A stretch of 63,888 nt of DNA, counting the filler, from Choristocarpus tenellus KU-1152 (lineage: Eukaryota; Protista; Phaeophyceae): NCBI GenBank assembly GCA_964200185.2. It is 12 parts of 12 records of this genome, joined end to end, with 100 filler letters (N's around TTAATTAATTAA, not from the genome) between each part and the next. Parts side by side here need not be neighbours in the genome. Positions count along the whole stretch, not along the records: positions 51,550 to 54,500 come from CAXNAD020023422.1; positions 54,601 to 61,220 come from CAXNAD020007733.1; positions 61,321 to 63,888 come from CAXNAD020026699.1; 9 more parts are not named here. One strand, 5' to 3'. Below are positions 51,550 through 63,888 of this stretch, piece after piece. The translations under genes and the position numbers were made by a program. The notes beneath the pieces were generated by a model, which saw only the letters and a program-made list of their open reading frames with translations, made no database searches and had not been told where the DNA came from. Every line of letters starts with the position of its first letter. Position 1 is the first letter of the stretch.

Positions 51550-54456
51550 TTGCTGTGGAGTGTGTGTCGGGCCTACACTAGGTATTTCATCTGGGGCCAT
51601 CCAACCAGAGGGTGGGGGTATACACACTGGCAGACTTTGATCCTGGGAACTACTGGGTGGTAACCAGCCTCTAGCGCCTAAGCCTCGATTATCAGGTCCC
51701 GTGTGACAGTCTTGCAGGGCTGACAGTATTCCTGAGAGTGGGGCATCAGCTGTTTCCTTAAGTAACCTCTGTGCTACACTTAGACTCGGTTCATCAAGTG
51801 GGGGAGGAGTACACTCTAGTTCTGAATCTACCAACGCACAGAGAGAGCAAGGGGACAGTGTGGGGTGACCTGGGCTTAGGTCTGATGTACCTAAATCTTG
51901 CAAACATACACCATCTAAGACAGGTCCTCATGGTCCAGCGTAGTTCTTGTTACAAGCTACTGACGGATCGTCAGGAAAAGAATCGTCGATATCCAAACCT
52001 TGATCTGAGGGTGAGGAAAGTCGTGACTGTCCATCTGGTAGTTGGTGCTTCGAACCGGCTCGCCACTTAAGTTCCATGTCATGGTCCATAAGACGGAGGG
52101 CCCACCTGTGGAGCTTGGGGCTAAGTTCACGACTCTTCAAGAGTCAACTCAGTGCGGAACAGTCAGTGACTAGGGTGAAATTCCTACCCCAAATGTAGGA
52201 GCGGAAGTGCTCTACAGCCCGCAAGATAGCCATGCATTCCCTTCAGTGGGTGCTCTCCTACTGTCTGATTTAGACCATCTATGGCTAGCATAAGCTATGG
52301 CATGCTCTTGGTCATCATCCTGTACCTGGGTCAGTGTTGCTCCAGCCCCTTCCTCGCTCGTATCTGTATGGAGGAGGAACTTCTTATCCCAGTCAGGAAA
52401 GACTAGGATTGGTGGAGGGACCAGACGCAACTTAAGTTCTTCAAAGGCTTTTTGCTCCTCTGGTCCCCAAGGGATACTCTTCTTCCTGTCTCTTTTGGAA
52501 GCATACCCTTTATTCCGGAGGATGTTAGTCAGAGGAGCAGCTACTTGGACATAGTTCGGAACAAACTGTCGCATGTATCCTGTCATGCCTAGGAAACTTC
52601 TTAACTGCTCGACTGTAGATGGGGGATCAAGTTTTGCTACTGCTATCATTTTTGATGGAGCAGGACTCAAGTCATCTCTACCTACCTTCATTCCTACAAA
52701 TTCTTGTGAGAGCATGCACCACGAGGATTTGGGAACGTTCGCAGACAGACCGTATTGCTTGAGTCTGGTAAGAAGAAGGCGAAGTTTGGTCATGTGTTCA
52801 TCAAATGATGAGCTATAGGAAAAAAGATCGTCTTGCCAGTTTTCTACATCGTTTCCTTTGAGATCTCCTAATGCCTCTCTCATGTAGCTAGAGAATACTG
52901 CAGGTAGGATTTTCAACCCCAAATCACACCTGTTATGTTCCCAACGTTGTCCATGAGCGTCACGAAAGGCTGTCTTATGTTTGTCTACCTCTGCGATTTC
53001 TAGTTGAAAGAATCCCGATGCTAGATCTATGGCAGTGAAATAGCTAGCACCCTTAAGCTTATCAAAGATGCTGGTGATATTTCCGAGACCTTCACTATCA
53101 CTACGCGAGAGATCATTAAGCATCCTATGGTCTGTGCACAACCTCAGGGTCCCATCTTTCTTACATACTGCTACTACTGCTGCTGCCCATGCCGAGTTGG
53201 AGGGTCTGATAATACTGCGTTCCTGCAACTGCTTAGCCTCGGCCTGAATCATCTGCGTTTCTTCAGGAGAAAAGCGCCTTTGTTTCGCTGCATAGGGTGT
53301 ACAGTTCTCGTCTAATAGTAGTATATGTAGTACTCCTCTAGAGCATGGGGGAACTCGTTTGGGATCTTCAGGGAATACCCCTAAATTTCTAAATTCTTCC
53401 AGCAATTCCACCAACTGTTTCTTCTGCCCTGGTGTCAGCTGTCCTATATTGGCATCGCTGAGGCTCACCGATTGATGTCGGACCTCCTTGGCTTCACCTG
53501 AAGGGGTGTCTTCTTCTTCTGCTACCGGGCAGTCACCAGTCTCGTCCGCTTCTGGGGAATGCCTTGTCTGAAACCCAGTCTTGGCAAGCAGAACCTGTGC
53601 TTTTTGAGGGTCTTTGGGTGGATGGGCTAGTGACTGAAAGAGTGCAACCACCCTCTCTGTATCCGTAGTATTCAGAGCAATCGCCTTTGCATCTGGCAGC
53701 CCTGCCTGAACACTATTGGGCTTACTGTACGTACCTACCAGCTTGCAATAAATAGGGGTTCCTGGGTTCCACCATTGTACACCTCTGGCAACTCCGATAG
53801 CATTCCCTAATTCCAGGTTATACTCTGCTAAGGGCTCAATCATCACCAACCTTCTGGACTGTGGTTGTGACCCCTTAACGAATCCTTTGCAGCCTTTGCT
53901 GACAAACCCTTCTACATGTTCTATTCCTGACAGACGCAATTCGCATTGCAGAGTCCCATCATCCTCCCACGCTACCTCTACTGGAAGGGGTACTACACCT
54001 GGACTCTCCAAGGATCGGGTCAGGGGATCCTTGTCCTGGGTAAGATCTATTGTGGCGATACCTGCCTCTAGATCCGTATCTTGGGTGCCTGCTTCTGGTT
54101 CTACATAAAAAAAAATTGCATGTTCCTTTTCTGGTGGTGTATGCTCACCAGTTAGAGTACTAGTGCATCTTGGGGGTCTAGGGAATGTGTCAGGGGGGGG
54201 TTCTCTACATCCAGCTGATGTGGGGTTATTAGGAGGCAGTCTGTGGTACTTGGTTGGTCGGATTGTGGGTGTCATTGATGCTTGCCATTCTCCTAGGACT
54301 GACAGGGGTGCATTGTTATCACGAGATCGGGGTGTCACAGCTCGATAAAAAGGTATCCATGGTGAGTTTGGAGCTGGTCGAAAGCCTTCCCCCTCTCTAA
54401 ATGACAGTATGCTCTTGTTCTGCCTACAGAATGCTGCTCCCAGAACCATCCCGTAA
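51550..54456 (-). mobile_element. Ty3/gypsy pol fragment (end of protease, RT, RNase H), disrupted
   Basis: 745-aa ORF with IIRPSNSAWAAAVV..KKDGTLRLCTDHR, IDLASGFFQL..DKHKTAF, WQDD, QLRSFLGMTGY, FLLHTDTS. RNase H continues after a frameshift (FTLVTDCSAL, KLHRWALRL) with a stop. Confidence 0.95.
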
Positions 54457-54500
54457 GAGCCAAAGTATCTTAGAGGGTAGAGCCGCGTCCATTTGGGGAT
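54457..54500. mobile_element. MITE family A inserted in gypsy pol
   Basis: GAGCCAAAGTATCTTAGAGGGTAGAGCCGCGTCCATTTGGGG. Confidence 0.9.
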
Positions 54501-55038
54501 NNNNNNNNNNNNNNNNNNNNNNNNNNNNNNNNNNNNNNNNNNNNTTAATTAATTAANNNNNNNNNNNNNNNNNNNNNNNNNNNNNNNNNNNNNNNNNNNN
54601 GGGGGGGGTATTTGTGTGGGAATTTTCAGGACATATAACTTTGTTCCTGTGGACCACACGCACGAAAGACTCGACCACATATTCTATTTAAGTATCAAAA
54701 GAAAAAATGTGTATTGCACACATACAGATGACTGCCTCGCCACATTACATCTCACAGAAAGAGAGAGATATGGACATGGTGAACAACAGACAAAGGCAGG
54801 CTCCGTGGTTTTGTTGAGACAACAAGCAGACAAGAAAAGGAGGAAGAAGAGAGAAAAAAAATGCTGAACTGCCAAAGAAACCATCAAAAACAAGATAACT
54901 CTCTTTCCAATTGGTAATCCTCACTCATCAAGGTTTCCTACCAGAACAGGCGAGGTGTCCCACAGGCTGACACCATACCAAACAATTGCCAAATCATCAC
55001 ATCAAATCGAGACTGATCGTGTTGAATTCCACCTGGCA

Positions 55039-55140
55039 TTCCATCCATCCATCCATCTATCTATCCATCCATCTATCTATCTATCCATCCATCCATCCAT
55101 CCATCTATCCATCCACCCACCCAACCAACCAACCAACCCC
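55039..55140. repeat. Compound microsatellite (ATCC/ATCT/AACC)n; similar tract at 39924-39980; (CA)n at 41160-41191; (TTA)n at 42031-42062
   Basis: Directly visible. Confidence 0.9.
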
Positions 55141-55387
55141 ACCCCTTAGTCCTTGCCAAGCAGTTTTTGTTGAAATAAATTTCTTAGCAATTGTTACCAG
55201 TGATCCGGCACCGCATGCAATGGATAGTCAAGGAGTACAAACTAAAGAAAAACACAGTTTGCTACAAACGTATCCTGTCACAGTACTACATGTAGAATGA
55301 AATCACCACTTTACACCACTTTACAAATGTAGCCTTCTCCCCCGCACACACATACTTTTTTCCTGCAATATTCTTGAGAAATCTGAC

Positions 55388-58300
55388 CTAGAGGATGGCA
55401 CCGACACTGGTGAAGTCAACGATTGCCTTGGGTGGGAGACCTTCATGGGCAATGCTGAGAGAAGGGGACTTATAAGAATATCAAATGCTGTTAGGATGAG
55501 TTACATGCTCGAATGGTGTTGATGAGAAAGAGACGGTAGAGGGTGTGACTGAGAGAACTGGAGAGGAGGATGGAGAGAAACTGAAGGTGCCATAGACCAG
55601 GAAGGCGATGTCAGAGGGAGTGTTTGAGATAATCTCATTCTTTTTGGAGCATTTAGGGTCTCAAATGGAAGGTATTTCCCATCTACAAACAGACTCTTTA
55701 GGTTCTTGCAACGGAAAACTACGCCAAGGTTCAACTACAACACATCACTACCATAACTATTCGTAAAATCCCGCTAAACTGTTGAGCTTGAAATAAAGGA
55801 AAAACACCCCCCAAAGTCTATGATAATTATTACAGTGCAGCCCCAAAAAGGTGATCTCTTCTCACCTAAAAACCCCCCAAAAAATCAACAATAAACTACC
55901 CTGGTGGCATATTGTGAAGGTGCACTGGGATAGACAGAAACATACATCCCGATGATATGAGGTCTTGAACAGAAATTGACAGCAACGAATTGCGCTGTCA
56001 TAGTGAGAGCAGTCCATACATACATACATACATACAAAATAGGCACCACTGGTGGTATAAGAGGGAAGGTTTTGATAGAGAAAGTCATGCTACTATGGTC
56101 CAGGGATCTGCTCATCAGCCCTAGTGTAGGACCATTCAGTGACGTCTCACATGATGTACATAATATGATATGTTACGCGTAGTATATATGTGTTCAATTC
56201 TAGATGCATTGCTTGCATATCATGACAGGCAGGTACAAAGCGATGGGAACATAAAGAATCTTCTGTGCTATGATATACTGAGCCATGGGTCCATCCACCT
56301 CACCAGTTCAACAGTACGCAGAACCACACATCTAACACTCAACAATCAACAATCAGCAAATATGACATCTGACACTACAGAGAGGGAAAATGCACAATGC
56401 ACTAAATAGAGGGCATGACTAGAGTGAAAATGACATACCCCAGCTACATCTCCCTGCATAACATACATACATGAATGGAAAGAAAAAAATCCTTCCGCCC
56501 ATACAAAACCTCTCACCGGTAGATCGTGGTCATCAATGGAAATGATTCTGTGCACTTCCTCCTCTCAATCACAGAAAAGGCCTCTCGGGCGGTGCTTGGT
56601 CCCTGCAGCTTCATACCCCCAAGCTCTGCCTCTTCCAGCTCCTCCCAACCTCTCCTTCCTCCCTCCCGAGCAAAAATTTCAGCACAACTGAAAAGGGGGC
56701 CCATGTAGTGGAGGTTAAGTGGGGGGCAGGCAGGGGTTGGGCTTAGGGGGGCGAAGTATTGTGGTTGGAGGTAGGATCTTTGGGGGGAAGGTTTATACTT
56801 ATATTGGGAGGCGGTGAATGAGAAGGGTGAGGTTTGTAGCAAGGATAGAAAAAATAGGAAAATTGATGTTTGCTTACAGCATAGCTATGCGGACTCTATC
56901 TTGCCACACAATTTATGCAGTCAACAAAAAAATGTCCCTCATAAGAATGCCTCTTCAGTCTCTCATTGAAGAAGAATAAAATGAAGTCCAACCATGTCCC
57001 TGTTACCCTCGCGATCAAAACTTTTTGAGTACTGACCACACCACTTTCTAGGAAGCATTACAAAACATGAGAACCATGGTCATACCAACAAAAATACAGC
57101 TTTATTGGCAGTTCCAGCTATCTATGAGATGCAATCCCTCAAATTGCAAACTGGCGAATTGGACCAAACCAGTACGAATTGACATTTTCTCTCAACAATT
57201 TGCTTTTTAATCCCCCTACAGAGTACTTACAGGGATGTGAAGAGGTTTGTGCATACAGCATGACTGTGAAAAGAACCAATGAAAGTACAACAAATCTAGG
57301 TCACATCACCAGCTATCCTCATACCATCGTATCAACCTGTCGACCTCTCCTCATATTGACCAGCAGCAGTCTCTGATACTTGGGTCAAGAATTACTGCCC
57401 CAATCTTTTATTTTGCAATTTTTCGTTTATTTCCGATATTACAATAACTTACTCAATCAGTTCAAGAAAGAAATCCGAGAAATCCAAAAATATATTGTTC
57501 CAAATCCTTCTGACGTCGATGATTTTTTTTTGTCTGCTTTTCTCACCGTCTGTTCCTGCTGGCTCCATAGCAGGTGGTCATCAAATCACCTACACCACAG
57601 CTCTCTAGGAAAGCCCGGGAGGAGGCAGTGGCATCAAAGCTTGTGTCATATCTCATCCTAGAAAACACACAGAGCACAAACACAATAGAAACTCACACAG
57701 GTGTTGAACCAAGAAACACTTCAGCATATCCTCACGACAACAATCAGCATTAACATGAACATTCATTGAAAACATTTGTAGCAAGATCATCCCTCATCTA
57801 GCCACTCGTTCCACGTGGCCATTTCTTGTCACCTACATGCTGCTTAAACAACAGTCCCAGAAATCCCCTAGTGTTACAATTGCAACACAATATCCTTATC
57901 TCTCTCCTACAAATGAACCACTAAAAATGTTCAGTACACATTTTTTTTCTTTTAATAATATTCAAGCATGCTTATTTTCATAGTAAAACAAAGCATTGAT
58001 GAAACAGTTACCACTAAACACCTGCAAGCATTCCTGAGAGATGACTGTGTACTTATCATCTCTGGGTATATGCCATCTCCTCCCCTCTGCTTGCTACATG
58101 TATTCATCCCATGTATTTCCCCATTAGTAATCCACCTCCCCCCCCTGCCCCCCCTAACCTCCTTTACCTCTCTGCAAATCGGCGCATTTCCATCAGCCCA
58201 GTGCGGACAATAGCAGCCTTAGTGTTTCCCCCATAGCCAAGACCATCACAGAAGGCAGCCCCAAGCGCTACCACGTTCTTGAGGGCACCACAGAGCTCAA

Positions 58301-60494
58301 CAGTGGCTGGTGCATTTCTCACCACCTGGGGAGACGCGAGAACAAACACACCACATCATGGACGCAAAATTACACAAAGGCGCACATAGATCTACACAGA
58401 ATCCCACCGAAGGTCAGGGTTAGGGCCAGGGTCTTGCAAAAAGAGGCATACATGAACCCCTTCGCAGGCACCACCTCCTGAATATTCCAAAACAATTTAT
58501 TTATTGATTCATCGAGGTAAGTTGCCTTGACTACAATCATGTGTAACATTAAATTACTCTACGTATGTCCAAACACCTTAAAACAATGTTAGTCTTGTAC
58601 CAGAAAAAACATGGGAGCACCCGGGGATTCTGCATGACTCACCGACACACGGAAGGTCGTCCGGTGGAAGAGACGGTACAGGGTGGTAGCATCTTCATCC
58701 GCACTGACCTCACAGCCCGCTTCTCGACAATTGTAATAGTCCGAGTCTGCCAGTCCAATCTGAGTAACCCCCCCACCCAGAAAAAAGGTTCACGAGTGTA
58801 GGGTCATACAACAACACATCAAACTGCAAGGATTCGACATGTTGTAAGAGTATCTGAAAAATTTGTCAACTTGCGTAAGCAAGCTCGGCTCTGACTGAGA
58901 GGAAGGGAAACTAGCCTAGATTTTGGGGGGGCCATCTGTTGACCAACCTTTGGTTTGAGAAATATTGGATATGAATCAGAAAAAGTCCACAATCCACGAT
59001 ACATGATCAGCATTACAATTCCAAATCAACAAGGGAGTAAACAAATCTCTTCGCATAGCAACGCATGTGACTTCTTTCAAGTCTCCCTAAAAAAATGTAA
59101 ATCAATTTCTGTTGGGGAGTCTTATGCAGTTATCAAGGGCTCTTACAGTAGTCTCGCAGAGCTCATCTCTTGCCACCTCATTGGCGACATTGGCACCCAT
59201 GAGGACATTGACAGGCACAAGTCCTCCCAAACCCTCCCTTATTTTGTCTGAGATCAGTGTCAGTCCATTGGGCCCACTGTCCACCCCCTTGATCAGAGAA
59301 ACAGCCCGTACTCTGCAGTTGTACACGATAAAAAAATAATTTGTGAACATCATCAATGGCATCTTGTCCATGGCAGAATTATACGTACAAAGATCACGAT
59401 CGATTTACATAACTAGACACTCTTAAGCACTGTATGTATTCATAGATCACCTGCTGGTTATTCCCTGTGTGGTCTCATCGCCTGCTACAGTCCTTAGCCC
59501 CAGAGACTCTGCCACAACAGGTAATACACGCCCAAGGAACTGAACATATCAAGATGGTGGGTTGGGTGCATGGTGGAATTGGAAGTACGGAAGCATTAGT
59601 GTAAAGTGGATTCCTGGTATGCTAATGGTTTTGCTTGGTTATACCACCCATCTTCACAATCTAATATTCGTAACTCTACAGGTAGCAAGGGCAAAGAGTG
59701 GCACCATGGCAGATGTTGTTAATAGGCAGACTTCACCTCACCTGGTGAGGCAAGACAAAGACAAGAATTGTCGCCCCCTTCACCGCTGATGCGAGATCAC
59801 CCTCCGCCACTATGTTGTCAGGGAGTTTAACTCCTGCTAGATATTTAATGTTTTCATGCTCGGCGTTGATGACATCCGGGAGGCTCATCTCTTTGTCTTT
59901 ATATGAGACCATTTCTGGGAAAACCCATTGCTTAACCTCGCGCTCGAATCCAACCTACCATGCAATACAAGGTTAGGAGAGGGGGTGCTCATTATATCCT
60001 TTCCCCGGCATGCTAAAACCTACGTCTACTGTAGAAGACGCAGTTGGGAGGACGGGGGGGTTACGAGGATTGTCAAGAACTTTCTGGGTGTCTAGTTGTC
60101 AATAGCAGATCTTCACGGGGTTAGGCTCATGCGCACGCACCAAGAAAATTCCAAGCACAAGAATACAAAGGATTGGGAGCATAGAAAACCTATGGATGAG
60201 CGTCAAGGAATGGACCGTCTAACCTGCCCAGAAGTTTTGTGTGAGAGGTACGATAAGAACACATTCCTACCTAAGAGGCTTCAAATACCGATTCCTGGTC
60301 ACCTGTTCTGTGACATTGCGACCAATGATACGTGCAATGGCGGATCCCCAGTTTCCAGACCCAATTATGGCAACACGATCCAGTGAGTCGCCCGAAAAAA
60401 CTCCGAGAACATCGTTGTCGGAATCTAAGAGACTTTCGCAACTTGTCCTGGATCCGAGAGAGGACTGTGAGAACAGTACGCGGAAGGGCACCAT
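55388..60494 (-). CDS. GPD1: NAD-dependent glycerol-3-phosphate dehydrogenase, about 9 exons
   Basis: [123 protein letters not shown]; stop at 55390-55388. Confidence 0.96.
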
Positions 60495-61320
60495 TTAGAG
60501 GTTCAGGAATCTTATCCCAGACGATACAACCGCGGAGGTTTTGAATAACTGCTCAAAATAGGTAAAATCAAGAACCAAAGGTCAGAAAGGATATGTAGGA
60601 GCAACAAGAGGAACCTGTCACTTGTAGTCCATCTACATAAAAGTGACACCATCCCTCCTTTACCTCTTCGACGCTCTGGTTTTCTGCCATGCCTCTCTCT
60701 TTCTTGGTTTGGAGAGTTTATGAAGATGCTGCGAGAGATGTCTGGATGTTATGTACTCCTCAAGTCTTCTCAGTTCCGACACGTTTCAGTTTTTTTCACT
60801 TTACCTTTGATCTTTCAGTTTTACATGATCTAGCAAGGTTTACAGGTTTATATGGATGACGTGTACACCCGTCATACATGACGTATACGTCATCGCTTAT
60901 ATGCATTCATTTATTACGTCTTCGGATAAGTGGCATCTGGGGAAAAAAATAGAGGTAGTATATACTTTTTGTCATTGAAAATATTCCATTTGTGTGAAGA
61001 ATATAATTATTAACCCCGTTAATAAAACAATATTGAGGTTTTGAAATGAAAACAATAAACTATATATATCTGTAGGGGTATAAAATAAAATTAGGTAACA
61101 CAAAAAAGAACTAATGAAAGGTCATAATAGAGTGGTAAGCATAGAGTGGCAAGCAAGCGGAAAGCTTCCTGGATGAGCTGGCTACCCACATGGTAGGAGG
61201 GAGAGGAGCGGGAGGATATGNNNNNNNNNNNNNNNNNNNNNNNNNNNNNNNNNNNNNNNNNNNNTTAATTAATTAANNNNNNNNNNNNNNNNNNNNNNNN
61301 NNNNNNNNNNNNNNNNNNNN

Positions 61321-63060
61321 GGTTAAACTCATCCTCCATAGTATGCTCCATCCTCAATTTTGGTGATCGACTGTTATTGCTGTGGCATCTGAGGCTCAGG
61401 CATCACATCCTCAGCTTGGCATGACCTTGCAACCATGTGTAAAAACGGTTGCAACTCTTTGCATCAATGACTTCTGAGAGTCTTTGGTCTAATGAGGTAG
61501 GTGATGGCCTGACAAAGTTATGTAGGGTGGAGGCGCTGCCCACAGTAATACAACCACTGTTTTCCCTAGTTTGTTGATTGTGTTTGACCTTGATCGCATA
61601 CTCATCCTTGCCGTCCATTCGTGCTCTCAATGTTTATTCTCTCTCTCTTGCATTGTGATCACGACTCTCCAGGTTTTGTCAAGCCTCGATGCATGGATGT
61701 GGTCCGTGGTAGTATCCCCTACTGTCCAACACCAAGCAGTCAGTATAGTAGCCACAAGACGTCGAGAGCAGGAACTAGGACCCGCCCCCATGTTTGAAGG
61801 GGTGTAGACGTCTCAATCTGGCTTTCTTCTCCCAATCCCCCCCCAGAAGAAGGGGTTAATCGCCAAGAAATTTCCCTTTTCCAACATGATTGTCCACCTG
61901 ACTGTTTCTCCTCTTGAATCGACGAAAATCAGCAGTGTTATTGATGTTAACTCTCCACTTTCCTTTATTTACTTTTTTCTTCCTCTTCCTTCTGGGGTTT
62001 TGTCCAGAATTATTCGATCCTTGACCATTCACTCCAACAGCTCCAGCGCGTTTAGGACAGCATTAATCCTTGTGTTCTGTCACTCTACAAACATAACAAG
62101 CGCCTGTGTAGGATCCGGAATGTGAGGAAACAGCAGTGGGGCAAGAAGGTAAAAAGTGTGGTTCACCACACAGCCAGCACTCCGTAAGTCCTGATTATCG
62201 ACCCTTTCGACACCCTGTAGTTCCACTTCTTGCATGAGCTCCACCCACCATAAGTGCCCCATCATTGCTCTTCGGTCTTGTAGGTGTTTGGGCATGTAAT
62301 TTGCCTCACAGGCTCATCTCTGAACATCGAGTCTGGCAGCGCACCCTGTCCCAATAACCTGTCGAATCTTAACAAAATACTCCTCAGAAAGGCAATTATG
62401 CATTACACTGAGTTAGGCCTCGTTGCTAGGCTCATCATCAATCGACCTCATCTCCTTTACCAGTCTGTCCACCTCCATATTGACCATGGTCGGATCTTCC
62501 CTCACAAGTAGATGAAGAGAATTAAAGTTGGACCACATGATTGCTCTATCAGTAATCCCATTCCTGGCAAGATGGTTCCTCATAGCTTAGAACGCTTCCA
62601 AAGGACCGTTGTGATTGTCTGCAATTTGCTTGGCGAGTTCACCTAAACCCATCACCAATACTGCCATAGCCATACTGACCTATTGAACTTATCTCGCTGT
62701 CCATCTCGTTTCATCAAAAATAGCACAGCTCACTCTGGTATGGTCTCCTGTCAGAAGGACATCCTTCCATCCGTTCACGGTGGCACATGCAAGGAAGGTT
62801 CTCTCAGACGTTGGATATCCTCACTCATTATCGTCATCCTTACACGCTTCAAACTTTGACGGAAGTGGGGTGAATCGCCACAGGTTCTCTCCGGCAGTTC
62901 TTGTATGGCACGCGGTTCTGCTAACCGCCTCTTCGTCTTCGTCCTCGAATTCTGACTCGACTTTCATCCCACCATTTTCAACTGCTGTTGCAGCTGTCAT
63001 CTCTCTATATTCTACTATTCTCAAAGGACGTCTGCTGTTACCGATTGCCGCCTCCATCGA
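61321..63060 (-). pseudogene. Decayed Ty1/copia-like gag(-pol) fragment
   Basis: Stop-interrupted gag-like PLEAF*AMRNHL..DRAIMWSNFNSL..EDPT..DRLVKEMRSI..NCLSEEY, then zinc knuckle CWLCGEPHFLPSC. Confidence 0.55.
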
Positions 63061-63888
63061 AACTCCCCCTCCACAATCAATTCATGCTAGCCTCGAAAAC
63101 TTAACACACTTCAATAAGTAATGCTAGGTAGCATGTTAAAGAAGCTGATGTTCCCAAGACTTGCTATATATAAATTACTTGATTAATTCCTTAGTGTTGG
63201 ACAGGTTGTGGTTGAAGTAAGGAAGAAGGAGCGAACCTTCAAGCCCAAGAGTGGGATTCTCTTTAACCAAATCTATTCTGTGGATCACTAATCACTAATC
63301 ATAGATTACTTGCTGTACAGATAACTTGCTACAATAATTCCTGTTCCTGAACTCTTCCATATTCTACTACATCAATCCATACTTATTATTATTATGCCCT
63401 CTGACATTTTGCAGATGAGTCCTATTCCTCACATAATTTACTTTTACACAAGAATAAGAAGCATATTCTTGACATTAAGCATACATACTACCGCGGCTAT
63501 TACATCATTATAGTCTTGGCAGTCGAGTCTCCTGGATCAACTTTGTCGTGCCATAACTTTTGATCAACAACGATTTTTTTCATGAAAATTAGGTTGTTGT
63601 GGTTGCATCAGCATGGTTAACCTTATTTGATGGGTATCGGTTGGTCAACTTACAGTAATCGTGAGAAATACAGGGCCATACTCTAATCAAGTAGTCCGCT
63701 CGCGAACCTGGCTTTTGAGGATGATTTTGACACCAGAAGAGGCCATCTTCACCCGGAGATCATGAGCGTTGTTGTCTCTCCATTCTCTTTCCATTATTTC
63801 CCGTTTATGCGATGTTGTCACCTGCTGGCTAAGGCTCACTTATGGGGGCCCAGGCCTCTGAACCAGACAATCCATGCCAAGTCAAATG

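Noticed and set aside
7404-61320. Recurrent TTAATTAATTAA motif, and any gene cluster spanning it
   Set aside because: Artificial linker inside N runs; neighbouring contigs are not known to be adjacent.

Overview
Eukaryotic, intron-rich DNA; gene content and style suggest a stramenopile, probably a brown alga (inference). The window is not one locus: 12 short contigs are joined by 11 artificial N44-TTAATTAATTAA-N44 linkers, so adjacency across linkers means nothing. Spliced host genes: a zinc metallopeptidase with a Cys-rich linker and GDPH/VWD-like domain; an FMN split-barrel + FNR-type oxidoreductase; a double-RGS protein head-to-head with a C20orf85/CIMIP1-like gene; an IQ-motif protein; a sulfatase fragment; an F-box/LRR protein; and NAD-dependent glycerol-3-phosphate dehydrogenase. 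Mobile DNA: about 22 copies of two MITE families, a deleted Tc1, a Ty3/gypsy pol fragment and two decayed copia-like fragments. Best leads: (1) a spliced beta-class N4/N6 DNA-methyltransferase-fold gene with eroded catalytic and SAM motifs, downstream of a PHD-like finger (48775-51379); (2) two MITE families with unrelated interiors that share bipartite ends with 16-bp and 26-bp spacers but make different TSD lengths; (3) CpG-decay signatures in the repeats. All protein calls come from recognising motifs by eye; no database search was run.
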